This document shows, piece by piece, positions 20,802-32,972 of a stretch of DNA of 64,000 nucleotides. Source of the stretch: Tetramitus jugosus (taxonomy: Eukaryota > Protista > Heterolobosea); NCBI GenBank assembly GCA_937625935.1, contig OW569358.1, positions 434,001 through 498,000 of the forward strand. The letters are read 5' to 3'. The notes beneath the pieces were generated by a model, which was not told the DNA's origin, did not search any database, and saw only the letters and a list, made by a program, of their open reading frames with translations. Within the stretch, counting starts at the first letter, position 1. Every line of letters starts with the position of its first letter. The position numbers were made by a program, and so were the translations under genes.

Positions 20802-21191
20802 ATGACTGAAGAAGTGAACCCAAAAGCATACCCACTCGCTGACGAACAATTGTCCGTGACCATTTTGGATTTGATCCAACAAGCAGCAAATTACAAACAA
20901 GTGAAGCGAGGAGCTAACGAAGTTACAAAGGCATTAAATAGAGGACAATCTGCTTTCGTCATTTTGGCTGCTGATGCTGAACCAATTGAAATTTTGATGC
21001 ATTTACCATTATTATGTGAAGATAAGAACGTTCCATACTGCTTTGTGCGAAGTAAGACTGCTTTGGGAAGATCTTGCGGTATTTCTCGTGTTGTCATCTC
21101 CTGCACAGTCATTGTCAATGAAACAACAAATGCTGCTTTGAAGAAGCAAATCGAATCACTCAAGGATGCAATTGACCGTATCATTGTATAA
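20802..21191 (+). CDS. SNU13: Snu13/NHP2L1 (15.5K) U4 snRNP and box C/D snoRNP protein
   Basis: [45 protein letters not shown]. Confidence 0.97.
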   Translation: MTEEVNPKAYPLADEQLSVTILDLIQQAANYKQVKRGANEVTKALNRGQSAFVILAADAEPIEILMHLPLLCEDKNVPYCFVRSKTALGRSCGISRVVISCTVIVNETTNAALKKQIESLKDAIDRIIV

Positions 21192-21387
21192 ACCAACAGT
21201 GCATTTTTATATACTCTTTCGTTGTTATTGTTTTATCGTTGTGTGTAGATGAAACTTTCTTGTCGTTGTTCAACTTTTTTTTTTATGATGAATAGTATCT
21301 TATTTGTCCCTCTATTTGAAAGTAGCACACAGAGCACATATGCCTCTAGTTCACTCAAACGTTTCATAGCTATGAAAGAGGAAGAGA

Positions 21388-22953
21388 TTAATGGTGAGAC
21401 CATTCAATCTTGGAAACATCCACTCCTTCTTGGAACATTTCAAACAGTGGACTCAACTCCAACAACCGTTGCACTTCCTTGGCAGTCTTATCGACCACAT
21501 AGTCCACTTCTTCCTCTGTGGTGAACCTTCCGAGACCAAATCGAAGAGAAGTGTGAGCCATGTCTTCTTCCACACCCAGTGCACGCAACACATAACTAGG
21601 TTCCAATGATTCACTCGTGCATGCACTGCCAGAGCTCAGAGCAACAGTGTTCAACGCCATCAACAAACTCTCACCTTCGATAAACTTGAATGAAATGTTG
21701 ACGTTACCGGGGTATCTGTGCGTTGGGTCACCATTCAATTGAATGTGCTCGCATCTGGCCTTGATTCCATTGTACAATCTCTCTGATAGTGCTTGTACGT
21801 GATGATAGTCACGTTCCATCTCTTCTCTGGCAATATCGGCAGCCTTTCCCAGTCCGACACACAATGGAGCAGCCAACGTTCCACTTCTCTTGCCAAATTC
21901 TTGACCACCGCCATTGATGATTGGATGGAGCTTGACACGGGGCTTTCTCTTACGAATGTACAGAGCACCCACGCCCTTTGGTCCATAAATCTTGTGTCCA
22001 CTGATACTCATCATATCAATGCCCATGTCTTCCACGTCCAATGGAATCTTACCAAAAGCTTGAGCAGCGTCCGTATGGAAAAAGACGCCCTTCTTCTTAC
22101 ACAGTTGACCAATTTGCTTCAATGGTTGAACTGTTCCAATCTCATTGTTGACTGCCATGACAGATACGAGCACAGTCTTGTCCGTGATGGCCTCCTCTAG
22201 CTGAGCAAGATCAATGAGACCATTGGTCTGAACAGGCAAATAGGTGACTCTGAAGCCTTCGTCCTCCAAATGACGACAAGAATCCAAAATACACTTGTGT
22301 TCCGTCTGGACCGTAATAATGTGATTCTTTTCCTTCTTGTAAAAATTGGCGACACCCTTGATTGCCAAATTATTGGACTCTGTTGCTCCGCTCGTAAACA
22401 CAATTTCCTTGGCACTGGCACCAATCAATTGACCAATGCTTGCACGTGCATCTTCAACCATTTGAGATGCGTTCCATCCGTACATGTGTGTCTTTGAGTG
22501 TGGATTTCCATAGTTTTCAGTCATGAGTGGCATCATTGAATCGAGTACTCTTGGATCAGTGGGTGATGTGGCACCAGTGTCCATATAAACACCCTTGATC
22601 TCTTCACCAATGGATTGACTGATTCTGTCTTGCAGTGTTTTGGCTTCTGATGATGCTGCTGCTGCTTGATACTTTTGTTGTTGTTCGGCAATGGTTTTCT
22701 TGTATTGGGACAAAATGTTGGATTTCATGTCAAAAGAGTTGAATTGCAACTTTTCACCAATCTCAATATTATTGTTGCCATTGTTGTTGTTGTTTTTGGT
22801 GGTGGTGGTAGTGCTAAAGTGTTGAAGCTTTTGTGGTTGCAATTTGTTGTTGTTGTTGTTGGAGAAACGTTGGGAAGCAACACGTTGGTGCTTGTTGGGC
22901 ATCCTGGATGAGGATTTGGTGGTGTTTATCACCACTCGTTTCATGTTCATCAT
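21388..22953 (-). CDS. NFS1: Mitochondrial cysteine desulfurase (IscS/NFS1)
   Basis: [25 protein letters not shown]-lysine [10 protein letters not shown], catalytic SSGSACTS; N-terminal presequence. Confidence 0.97.
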   Translation of the reverse strand: MMNMKRVVINTTKSSSRMPNKHQRVASQRFSNNNNNKLQPQKLQHFSTTTTTKNNNNNGNNNIEIGEKLQFNSFDMKSNILSQYKKTIAEQQQKYQAAAASSEAKTLQDRISQSIGEEIKGVYMDTGATSPTDPRVLDSMMPLMTENYGNPHSKTHMYGWNASQMVEDARASIGQLIGASAKEIVFTSGATESNNLAIKGVANFYKKEKNHIITVQTEHKCILDSCRHLEDEGFRVTYLPVQTNGLIDLAQLEEAITDKTVLVSVMAVNNEIGTVQPLKQIGQLCKKKGVFFHTDAAQAFGKIPLDVEDMGIDMMSISGHKIYGPKGVGALYIRKRKPRVKLHPIINGGGQEFGKRSGTLAAPLCVGLGKAADIAREEMERDYHHVQALSERLYNGIKARCEHIQLNGDPTHRYPGNVNISFKFIEGESLLMALNTVALSSGSACTSESLEPSYVLRALGVEEDMAHTSLRFGLGRFTTEEEVDYVVDKTAKEVQRLLELSPLFEMFQEGVDVSKIEWSHH

Positions 22954-23280
22954 GATGGTTCTTGTGTTGTTGTTGTTGGTTGTGAGTACTTTTTTCTTCT
23001 TTTCTCTGGAGGGAGAAAGCGGAAATCCAATGATGCGGAAAAACAAAGCGCTAGTGCGGGATAAAAAAGGTTCGAAGATGAGATACAAGGAATAAGGATC
23101 GTTATGGCGATTGGAATGAAGGATTACTCACTAGACTGTTGATGATCTCGATTTGAGAGGTCAACTTAATCTGGTACCGAATTCATCCAGGACAACGCTT
23201 TGAATTATCGGAATAATGGGATTTGGCGCCAATTTAACCCGCAAAAACAGTACTGTTTGTCATAGGTGAGTGCAACAATA

Positions 23281-26200
23281 ATGACCACCCAACAGAGTAA
23301 GTACTTCTCTCACACTTAAGTGAATAATTTGGTGTTAAATTTAGAGCTAACCAAGATAAAGTATGGCAAAAACCGTATGTCAATGTGCTAAAGATCCATC
23401 AGGGTAAACCCTTCAAGCTCAAAATTCAGGGTGATGTCAAACTTGTTCTAGACAGTTCAATTGGAAAGCAAGTGTATCAATTGAGTGGTGCCATTCCAGC
23501 TGCAAACTATCTTTCATTACCTGATCTGATTGGAAGAGGCTCGACAGATCAACAATTGGCACTAACAGGGCATTTTCTCTATATACAATTACGGGTCGAT
23601 CCAAACGAATTCTTTGTTTTTCACATTGATATATTGACAAAGGACGATCAACCAATTCGAGTATCATTTAGCAATATTTACAAGGATTTTAAGGTACGTT
23701 TAAGCTTCAATTGAAAACATATTGTGCTTTATCAGGACAATTGAAACTTAAGGCGTTTATCTATAGAAAACACAAAAAGCTTTATTCTTTACGGCTCCTT
23801 TTCTGGAGAGTCGGTGGACTGTTCTTGCTGTTGATTTGAAAGCAATTATATCAGATCACTTTAACAAGATCTTCAAGAGTGTCAGAGGATTCGTGTTTTG
23901 TGCCAATATGCTATTTCGGAATGTTTACACGTCGAGCAACATTTATCACCCATACAATTTGGCAAGAGACATGTACTTACCTTGTCCAAAAGACGTTTCT
24001 TGGGAGGAGTTGTATGACTGGCATTGGTTCCCTTCTGCACCAGAAAAGTATGACTTAGCTCATATCATTGCTCCTGAAACACTTCCTAAACCTTATGATA
24101 GTAAGTACACACTACGTTTAAAATTTTTTTACTATATTGATCTAACACGTATTCTCGAGTAGCCAGCGTTTTATCATCAGCACGACCATTTCGAAAAGGG
24201 AAGCCGTACGATCTTGACTCCTTCATCTCAAACAAAGGAGGGGAAGTAAAATCTAATGAACTATATCCAAATCCGATAATGAAATGCAAACATATGTTGG
24301 GATATTCAGGCAAATATAATTCGAATATTGTCTGGTCTTCAAACGGAAAGCATATTTTCTACTCTTGCGACTCTACGATAGTACAACTTAATGTCGAATC
24401 AGGGGAACAAACTCTATTCTTTGGTCACACGGATGAAGTGAGTTGTATCTGTATAGATTCTAAGTGTAAATATTTGGCTAGTGCTCAAGCTGGAAAGTTA
24501 TGTTTAATAAGAATTTGGCACATCGAGTCTGCACAGTGCTTTGCTGTGTTTAAAGCGCATGATCAAGATGTCACTTCTCTGGCGATGTCAGACAACAGAA
24601 ATGTGTTAGTTGGCGTAGGAAGAGATAAGTATAAGAAACATTTAATCGTCTTATGGGATCTAACAAAGGCTGAGTCTGGTCAAATTCCCATAGTTACAAA
24701 ATACACAAGTGAATACAGCATCAACTCAATTAAGTTTGTGCCTCTACAGGAATCAAAACTGGTATCTTGCGGAGATGGATCGATACGATTCTGGAGAATT
24801 AAATCTGGACAATTGAGGGGCTGCTCCTTAGCGAATGAGAATGCTGATTTAATTCGCCAGAATTTTCTGAGTCTCTCCTTCGAGAAATCATTCGTTGGAT
24901 TCAATGCACAGTATGAGAATCGAATGTTTATTAGTACTCACTCAGGAGCTGTTTATGAAGTTAACTACGAGCAGAGATTGGTGGAATGTGTTTATCAACT
25001 TCATAGCGGACCAATTAACTCCATTTTTGTAAACGAGGGAATGTGTGTCACAGGATCGGATGACAAATTCATTCGGGTCTGGCCTCTAGACTTCTCAGAC
25101 TATTTCCTAGAGGCGGAACATGATAGTAGTGTGAATAGTGTAGCGATATCTCATGATGGACTCCAAATAGCAATAGGAACTGAGAGTGGTTCGATTGGTG
25201 TGCTTAATCTCACCTCTCAGAATTACCAAACTCTGATTCGGTCTCATACCAAGAATATTTTGGCTGTAGCCTCAGATCCACATAGGCCAGAGTTCACAAC
25301 GATATCAGACGATGAAACAGTTCGAGTATGGGATTTATTAACATCAAAACAACTATTTCAGTTCGATACTGCGGGCGATAAGCCCAGTTGCCTCGTGTAC
25401 CATCCATCTGATTATGTTGTCGCTTGTGGATTCAATTCTGGTGTCATTCGCTTGTTTGACATTGCTCCTACTTCTGTTATAGAAGAGTACAGGGCCCATG
25501 CAGACCGAATTCAGAACATGTGCTATTCACGTGATGCTCGTTGGTTGATATCGATCTCTCTAGAGAATATATGTATTTCTGATGCCTATCACAGGTACCA
25601 ACCAATCAAAATCATCTCTTTTACTCATCCATGCTCTGTGGGTAGGCTCTCTTGTAGTGCCGATGGAAAACTCATCGCTTCTATTGGTCCGTCGGGCAAT
25701 ATGATTCACTTATTTAGCACTGCAAGCTTTGATGAAACACATGTTTTTGATGGTGCTTCGTCAGATACCTTTTGTGCCCTTGAGTTCACACCAGACTGCA
25801 AGGAGATTGTGGCAATCACATCAGATATCCGTTTAGTCAAGTTTAATGTTCTTACAGGTCGAATAAGTTCTGAAGTTCCACGTATTCACAATTCAGCTGC
25901 TTCGGCCCTTGGGATATCCAAGAACGGACGATACATCGTGACAGGGGCAAGTGATAAAATAATGAAGGTGTGGGATAATGCAATGTCCGATGCCCAGGCT
26001 TTTATTGGTCATTCGAAGAAAGTTAACTCTGTTGCTTTTTCGAACGATATGAAGCATCTGGTCAGTGTCAGTGACGATTGTATAGTATCATGGAACTTTT
26101 ATGGAGATGCCTCACCCGATCTCTCATTCCTCATTGATGACCATATAGACAAAATGATGGAAGGAGATGAGTCGTCTGATTCAATCGACATTGAGACCGG

Positions 26201-26315
26201 TCATCATGGTCCGTTCGAGAAAATGATATCCAGAGCAATCTTTCCAGAATACAATGAAACAATACCGAAGGAGGCACCAACCGAGGAACCAACTTCTCAA
26301 GAGAACCTCGAATAA
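23281..26315 (+). CDS. WDR90: WDR90/POC16-like centriolar protein (CFAP20/DUF667 domain + WD40 repeats); introns ~23297-23346, 23694-23766, 24101-24162
   Basis: VWQKPYVNV..., GAIPAANYLSLP, LTGHFLYIQ, RWTVLAVDL, then WD40s with TGSDDKFIRVWPLDFSDYFLEAEH; introns are phase-consistent. Confidence 0.85.
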
Positions 26316-26342
26316 ATTAGAATATTTACGAGAAGATGCTCA

Positions 26343-29300
26343 TCATGTTGGGTTTCGTGCGCCCAATTGTTCCATCATGGCTCTAAACCACTCCTGTATC
26401 TGGGAAGCTGGAGTGCCCGCCATAGTTGCTTGCTGAATCATATGGTTCAAGAAACGATTTGCCAAGCCTGGTACAGCAGTTGCTTGTGGGGCTCGAGCAA
26501 CTTTATGAACAATGAGAGTTCTTGAACGACCCTGTCCTTCACTCATATGGCGCAAGATTGGGCTTTGACCAATGACGACATGCACATGTTGACGTCTTCT
26601 CTTCGAGATTCTAAGGCGAAGTTCTGATGCCGAGCCATCCTGCAAGAATGTTCTCAGCTGATGACAGTCAACACAGTTGCAATGCATGTGTTGCACTAAG
26701 GCAGCATAATCAGAGGCAGGCGCTGTGGCAGACGTAGTAGCTGTAGAGGGAGTAGAAGTTGTGGCAGGAATAGAGGGAGCAAGTATTGGAGTAGGAGGAA
26801 TATTGGGAGTGACAAGACTTGGTTGTGGCGTGCTACTTGGAGCAGGTGAGCTGGATGGTGTGGCTGCTGATGCTGATTGCGTAGTAGACACACCCGGTGT
26901 TCGGCGCGGCTGAGACTGCAGTGCAGCTTGAAGGTTCCGTTGTTCTTCTCGCACAACACCTCTCTGTTGATATTCCACATCGCCCAACATCTTCTCCTGG
27001 TCCGAAATTTTTTCTTCCAAGTCATCAATATACAAACTCTCGTGATGGTAAACAGCCACAATCTTTCGTTTGACATCTAACTCACCGATTCTATTTTCTT
27101 CTTCTTGCAGCCTTCTTTCTGCTTGTTCACTAGCTTCAATATAAGTATTGCTGTTAGATACACGAGTGACAACTGGTGCAGTGGATGGTGACGCATCGGT
27201 TTGTGTTGCATCAAGTTGTGTTGCGTCAACAGTAATGTCCACTGGAGCAAGACGATGAGTTCCATCCGGTACATGCCCCAAACCAAGGGCAGACGCCAAC
27301 ATGAGGTCATCCTTGTAAATTTCAGAGTTTATGAGCTTAGTCTCTGCGAACTCATCCAAATTGGAATCAAATAAATCTAGATCTGTTTCTTCCAGGATTC
27401 TCTTTGGCGCATCATTATCGACCACTCTCTTGAACAACCATGTCTTTAGTACACATCGATTGAACACTCGATTCTCAATGGTGCCGGCTGATACGAAACG
27501 ATAGATAAACACTGGTTTGGTTTGACCATAACGATATGCACGGAAAATGGCTTGTTGTGATGTAGCAGGCACCCAGGGCACATCAAACAAGACGACTCTT
27601 GTGGCAGATGTCAGATTAATACCCAACGAGCCAGCAAGGATAGATATCAGGAACACTCTTTGCTTTCCTTCGGGCCGGTTAAAGTCATCAATCATTCGCT
27701 GTCTGTCATTCATAGAGACACTACCGTCGAGACGATAGTAGTCAAGATCCCTGTTCAGTGATCTTTTCTCATTCTCACTCACTTGGAATTGACATCGGTA
27801 ACCTAGGACATTTTCGATTAGGGTGAGTGTTTCGGTGAACATTGAGAAGACTAGGATCTTTTCATCTGTAAAATAACACTTTTCGATCAGTCTGACCAAA
27901 AATTCCATCTTTGGACTACGAGTGATCAAGTCTCTGACGTAATCTGGTCGGAGAACAGGTTCAAGCCAATCCCATGACAGTGTTTTCTTTTGTTTCCTGA
28001 TATCTTTGCGAACAATCCGCTCATCTTCAGCGTACATGTCCAGCAAGTCATCATCGAGCATGTCATCATTATTACTCGATGAATTGCCCTCTCCACTTCT
28101 TCGATTTCTGCGAGATCGAGATGGCTTCTTTGATGATCTAGCATCTCTTTTTCTCTTGTTATTCGTGTGACTCGTTTGTAGGATATCATCCTCAGTGTTG
28201 TCGACAGGTAGTGGGGAGCGATTTTCTGGTTTGATTTCTTGTTTTGGTGGAGTAGCTGGTTTTGGTGTTTCTCGCCTTACAGAATTCTTGACAGTATTGA
28301 TCAGATCCAAACTCAGAATATCATCTTCATCATCATCATCAATCTCGATTGAAGATTGTTCTTCTATTGTTACACTGCTCGAACTTGCAGTACTTGTCAC
28401 TTCGCTCACAACTTCAATCTTTTCATTCGATACAGTTTCAATAATCGATACTTCATCATCACTATCACTGTCAATGTCAATCGTTGTTGAAACCACTTCT
28501 CTTTTCACAATTGTCGATTCAGTCATATTCTCACTTTCAATCTTTGGCTTCTTCTGTTCAGGTTCATACTGATCATCATCATTGTCATCATCGTTGTCAT
28601 CATCTTCATCATCACTATCCACCAAATTGTTATCATTATTCTTTGTTTTCTCTTTAAGTTTGTCGGCTAGTCCCTTTCTCTCAGCATACATGATCAATAA
28701 GTCAGGATGATTCACAATCTTGCTCAAGATGGCAAATCTATACAGAAGGGCCATTGGTGATCTCTTTCCTTCATTCTCCTTCAAGAATGCTTTGTACAAG
28801 AGCTCCTGAAACTCGTTAATTTTAAATAGAATGACAAACTCCGTTTTCTTCGGTAGAGAGTCTCTGAGAATTCGTTGATCTCTTCTGTCAATAAACGGCT
28901 TGACTTCATCTGCCAACTTGTAAGCTCTACGTTTCATGATTGACACACATGATTCACTAGCGTCTACCTTGAAGCCCTCCTGTATCGGTCTCGCAAAGAA
29001 CACTTCAAACTCATCGCGTGTCCAATAACCAGGCCTCACAAAATCAATCATTGTAAAGTATTCCATCAAGTGATTCTGGAGAGGTGTGCCAGTGAGAACA
29101 ATACGATCTCTTGTTTGCACCTTGGTGATGACTTTTGATAGCTTTGTCTCAGGATTCTTAATCTTGTGACCTTCATCACAAATGATGAGCTCTGTTTTTT
29201 GGAAGAGAGCGTTTTGGAACTTTCTACGGTACTTGTGCCACTCAGCCGTTTTAGGTTTCCTCGTCTTGGGAGACTTGTTTGGTGAAGAAATGACAAAGGA

Positions 29301-30959
29301 ACCATATGAATCACCCGACGTGTCCAATGGAGCGCCACTATCATCATCCCATCCATCTTCGTCTTCGTCATCATTCATCTCTTCACGCTTCTCATTTTTT
29401 GCACTCTTCTCATCAGACTGCTCAGAGTCATCTACAAGACTCCTAAACATCTCATAACTCAGAAACAGTACGCCTCCATCGAGCCATTGCTTAATCTTCA
29501 TCCATCTCTGTTTTCTCGATCTTTCATAATCTTCAATGAGATAGGTGGGGATCGAAACGTTACGATCATAGTACTTTACCCATTTTTCATTGAATTCGAA
29601 CTGCCAATTCAACAATGTGCTCTTGGGTGCCAAAACGAGCACACGACGTCCCTTTTTCCTAATGAGATACAAGTACACAAACGATATCATTTGCAACGTT
29701 TTTCCTAGACCCATCGAATGAGCCAATATACAGCCTCTACTCTTTTTTTCTGGACGCACAACAGTATTCCAACAGAATCGAACACCATCCAATTGATGCG
29801 GTCTCAAAATACTGGCCAATCCATGTGGCAACAAAACGTCTTTGCCTTCCTCTTGATTCACCCAACGTTTCATGGTTGGTACCCGAACATCGACATGGTC
29901 GTCTTCTTCGTCACTTTCGCCCTCTTCTTCTTCTTCTTCTTTCTTCTCGATGGATTCCTCTTCTTTTTTCTCTTCGTTCTTGGTCGTCGCAAGTACTTGT
30001 TCGGCTGCTGAGGTGGTTAAATCAACTATTCTACTGTTTTGCTCTGTTTTGACGCATAGTATTGTTTCTTCCTGTTCTTCTTCCGTCTTTGTTTGATGAT
30101 TTTCATCATTGGTAATGGTCGTTGTTGTGATTGATGTTGTTGTTGTTGTGACATTTGATTCCAAATTGTCCTTTTGATCAACAACAGCAACAATTGTCGG
30201 TGCACGAGCTTCTTGAACCACTATTGCACTATTATTTTTCGTGATATGGCCATCATCATCGGGTACAACTGTCGTCGTAGTAGTAGTAGTAGTATTATTA
30301 TTATTTGCGTGATTCATCACTGAAGAAGCACTACTGCGACCATGATCATGGTCCTCTTCCTGTGTCATTAACTCATCACCCATTGATCTCAACTCTTCCA
30401 ATCTCCTATCGGCCTCTGCTGCATACTCTTGTTGCAATCGTTCGGCTCTTTGTCTCGTTGCATGTGTCCTATCACTAATCAACACACCACTTGCATCCTG
30501 TACTTGTTGTGGATTGACTCTGGGCCTACTACGTTTCTTTTTTGTGCTTGTTGTTGTTGTTGTTGATGTATCGTCAATGTCTAATAATTGAACTGTTCTT
30601 CTTCTTGTATGGTTGTTAAAGTCGTGTTGATTGCGTGAGCTTCTTCTTGTATTGTACCTAGGTTGTTGTGGTGGTTGTTGTTGATCATTGTTTGAAGAAG
30701 AAGAAGAGCGTAATGATGATGACTGATGGTTGTTGTTGTTGTTTTTGCGATATTTGCTTGGAATGAATTCTCCGTCATTGTCATCATCAATCTTTTCTCC
30801 ATCGTCCATTTCTTCATCTTCATCAATGATATCGTTTGGAACATTGTATTCTTGATTGTTGTCGTCATAAGAGTCATTATTGTTGTTGGTTGAACGATTA
30901 TCATTGTCAACGCGACGACGTTGGTTGTTTTTATTGTGGTTGGTTGAACGAAGTTTCAT
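26343..30959 (-). CDS. SNF2-family ATPase, ATRX/ARIP4-like, with C-terminal CxCxxC + R3H-like module
   Basis: LRPHQLDGVRF, GCILAHSMGLGKT, ICDEGH, LTGTPLQN, YYRLDGS, GSLGINL, QAIFRAYRYGQTKPV. Confidence 0.92.
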   Translation of the reverse strand: MKLRSTNHNKNNQRRRVDNDNRSTNNNNDSYDDNNQEYNVPNDIIDEDEEMDDGEKIDDDNDGEFIPSKYRKNNNNNHQSSSLRSSSSSNNDQQQPPQQPRYNTRRSSRNQHDFNNHTRRRTVQLLDIDDTSTTTTTSTKKKRSRPRVNPQQVQDASGVLISDRTHATRQRAERLQQEYAAEADRRLEELRSMGDELMTQEEDHDHGRSSASSVMNHANNNNTTTTTTTTVVPDDDGHITKNNSAIVVQEARAPTIVAVVDQKDNLESNVTTTTTSITTTTITNDENHQTKTEEEQEETILCVKTEQNSRIVDLTTSAAEQVLATTKNEEKKEEESIEKKEEEEEEGESDEEDDHVDVRVPTMKRWVNQEEGKDVLLPHGLASILRPHQLDGVRFCWNTVVRPEKKSRGCILAHSMGLGKTLQMISFVYLYLIRKKGRRVLVLAPKSTLLNWQFEFNEKWVKYYDRNVSIPTYLIEDYERSRKQRWMKIKQWLDGGVLFLSYEMFRSLVDDSEQSDEKSAKNEKREEMNDDEDEDGWDDDSGAPLDTSGDSYGSFVISSPNKSPKTRKPKTAEWHKYRRKFQNALFQKTELIICDEGHKIKNPETKLSKVITKVQTRDRIVLTGTPLQNHLMEYFTMIDFVRPGYWTRDEFEVFFARPIQEGFKVDASESCVSIMKRRAYKLADEVKPFIDRRDQRILRDSLPKKTEFVILFKINEFQELLYKAFLKENEGKRSPMALLYRFAILSKIVNHPDLLIMYAERKGLADKLKEKTKNNDNNLVDSDDEDDDNDDDNDDDQYEPEQKKPKIESENMTESTIVKREVVSTTIDIDSDSDDEVSIIETVSNEKIEVVSEVTSTASSSSVTIEEQSSIEIDDDDEDDILSLDLINTVKNSVRRETPKPATPPKQEIKPENRSPLPVDNTEDDILQTSHTNNKRKRDARSSKKPSRSRRNRRSGEGNSSSNNDDMLDDDLLDMYAEDERIVRKDIRKQKKTLSWDWLEPVLRPDYVRDLITRSPKMEFLVRLIEKCYFTDEKILVFSMFTETLTLIENVLGYRCQFQVSENEKRSLNRDLDYYRLDGSVSMNDRQRMIDDFNRPEGKQRVFLISILAGSLGINLTSATRVVLFDVPWVPATSQQAIFRAYRYGQTKPVFIYRFVSAGTIENRVFNRCVLKTWLFKRVVDNDAPKRILEETDLDLFDSNLDEFAETKLINSEIYKDDLMLASALGLGHVPDGTHRLAPVDITVDATQLDATQTDASPSTAPVVTRVSNSNTYIEASEQAERRLQEEENRIGELDVKRKIVAVYHHESLYIDDLEEKISDQEKMLGDVEYQQRGVVREEQRNLQAALQSQPRRTPGVSTTQSASAATPSSSPAPSSTPQPSLVTPNIPPTPILAPSIPATTSTPSTATTSATAPASDYAALVQHMHCNCVDCHQLRTFLQDGSASELRLRISKRRRQHVHVVIGQSPILRHMSEGQGRSRTLIVHKVARAPQATAVPGLANRFLNHMIQQATMAGTPASQIQEWFRAMMEQLGARNPT

Positions 30960-31292
30960 GGTGGTTCTCCTCCACTAATTGTATTTTTTTTTTTGTTCTT
31001 TGTTTGGTGTTTTTGTGTTGATTTGTTGTGTCAGTGTTTTTTGTATTTTTGTCGATCGTAAACATTCCGGCACTCCTTCGCAATGTGCTCATGCATTGCT
31101 CCACCTTCCATGTAATATTTGGATAGTACGCTTTCAAGAGGTGATTAAAAAGAAATGGGAGCACTAGAAAGAGACTGCTTTCGTTGTGACAGTAAATGTC
31201 CCCTCATTCGAAGTGAACCAAAGAACATTAATTCTCCGCAAAAAAGAAACATATGACGTGACCTGACAAAACTCAAAAAACAAAAACGCGAA

Positions 31293-32972
31293 ATGATAAT
31301 GGAACAAGTGGTATCATTCGATCTCAAACAGATTTCCCAGGTGCTATTGCCCCTCGTCATCATTATTCTGTCCATTCTCATCAAGAAATATGTCTACAAT
31401 AAGTCACAAGCAGACATTACCAGTGTCCCACTTGACAAAAAAGAAAAAGTAGTTCATTGGAAAGTTGTGCGTGAAGAACAAGACAAAATCGATGCCACAT
31501 TTTCATCTTGTTTTTCTCCCGACAAGCAACCACATCATAGTGCTTCTTGTTGTTTCATATTGGACCTGGGAAGCAATATGATGAAAGCTGGTTGTTCAAG
31601 AAGACTAAAGAAGCAGAAGCACAATAGTAGTAGTAGTAGTAGTGAGGATGCTGGTGTGGTGGATGCTGTTTCTTTGAATGATGAAGATGATGCAGTTACA
31701 GCATCTGTCACAGAAGAAGATGAAGGTGAAGGTGAAGGTGAAGGTGATGAGGAACAAAATGTTAGGACAGCAGTCTGGGAGCCAAGTGTGAAAGAACCGA
31801 GTGTAATTGGAACGATTCGATCTACAATGGAAGGTTATTTAAACAGGCAGAAAATGATGGGCGCAGACAGTAGAAGAGAACGATTTGGTTCGGATGCCAT
31901 GGAAGAGAGACATTTGTTCAATGTTCATTATCCGATTGAAGACAAGTGCTTGAATAAGAAGGTGGAAAAGTTTGATGCGAGAATTAAGGAATTGATTGGA
32001 CATGCTTGTCATCGAGTGTCGATGAATAGTGATCGTACATTGATGACCAAATCCGACACTGCAATTATTAGTTTATTTGATTCGTGTGAGCCAGATTTGT
32101 GTTCAAAGATTTGTCAGGAAGTGTTCGAAGCCAATGATCGATTGAGTCACATTGACCGAATTATTTTTGCTTCACAACACTCGTTGGCACTGTTTAGTGT
32201 TGGTCTTACAAGTGGTCTTTCCTTGAATGTTGGCTCATTGGACTCTTCCATTGTTCCCATCTATGAGTGTTACAAGATGAATCATTTGAAGAAGTCAATT
32301 CCGATTGGTGGAACACAATTGAATGATATTTTGGGTCGATTGATCTCTGCAGAGAGTAACAGCTCAGTTCACTTGCAACCAACATCCACAGGACTTGAAC
32401 TATTGAAACAAATGAAAGAGAAGTTGTGCTTTGTTTCCAAATCAGCTGTCACTTCAGCCACAGTCAACTCGAGTAACAATAACAACGCCAAGAATCAAAG
32501 GATGGAGAGTTTTGTGCTTCCAGATGGCGTTGAAGTGAAATTGACATTCGAACGTTACTCTTGTCCAGAGTTCCTGTTCAATCCACAGTTCGAATCAAGA
32601 ATGTTCTCCATGAAAGCAGAGGAAACGACAAAGATTGGACTCTGCGAATTGACAATGAATGCCATAACAGAGTTGAAAGAACAGTATGGAAAGGAATTGG
32701 AATCAGTGTATTCTAATCTCGTCGTGTTCGGAGGTACAACGAGATTTCTTGGTTTCTCGAATCGATTCTGCAAGGATTTGAACACTTTGTTGTTGCCAAG
32801 CCAACAGGAAGTCAACGTGTACATGAGAAAGGAGGGACAAGACATGCCGTATCTCGGTGCTCATACATTGTTCCAGCTGTCAGACCGTGTTTTGAATGGC
32901 ATGGCCATTTCAAGGAATGATTTCAATGACATGGGTCCAAGTGTAGTTCAGAGAAAACTTTTGCTGTTGTAA
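31293..32972 (+). CDS. Divergent actin-related protein with N-terminal hydrophobic anchor
   Basis: LDLGSNMMKAG, LNVG..SSIVPIYE, IGG.QL, KEKLCFV, FVLPDG, CPEFLFNP, VVFGGTT.F.GF..RF, GPSVVQRK. Confidence 0.88.
   Translation: MIMEQVVSFDLKQISQVLLPLVIIILSILIKKYVYNKSQADITSVPLDKKEKVVHWKVVREEQDKIDATFSSCFSPDKQPHHSASCCFILDLGSNMMKAGCSRRLKKQKHNSSSSSSEDAGVVDAVSLNDEDDAVTASVTEEDEGEGEGEGDEEQNVRTAVWEPSVKEPSVIGTIRSTMEGYLNRQKMMGADSRRERFGSDAMEERHLFNVHYPIEDKCLNKKVEKFDARIKELIGHACHRVSMNSDRTLMTKSDTAIISLFDSCEPDLCSKICQEVFEANDRLSHIDRIIFASQHSLALFSVGLTSGLSLNVGSLDSSIVPIYECYKMNHLKKSIPIGGTQLNDILGRLISAESNSSVHLQPTSTGLELLKQMKEKLCFVSKSAVTSATVNSSNNNNAKNQRMESFVLPDGVEVKLTFERYSCPEFLFNPQFESRMFSMKAEETTKIGLCELTMNAITELKEQYGKELESVYSNLVVFGGTTRFLGFSNRFCKDLNTLLLPSQQEVNVYMRKEGQDMPYLGAHTLFQLSDRVLNGMAISRNDFNDMGPSVVQRKLLLL

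Noticed and set aside
23255-23275. X-box (RFX)-like TTGTCATAGGTGA upstream of WDR90
   Set aside because: Poor match to the GTTNCCATGGNAAC palindrome, and RFX ciliary regulation is established mainly in animals.
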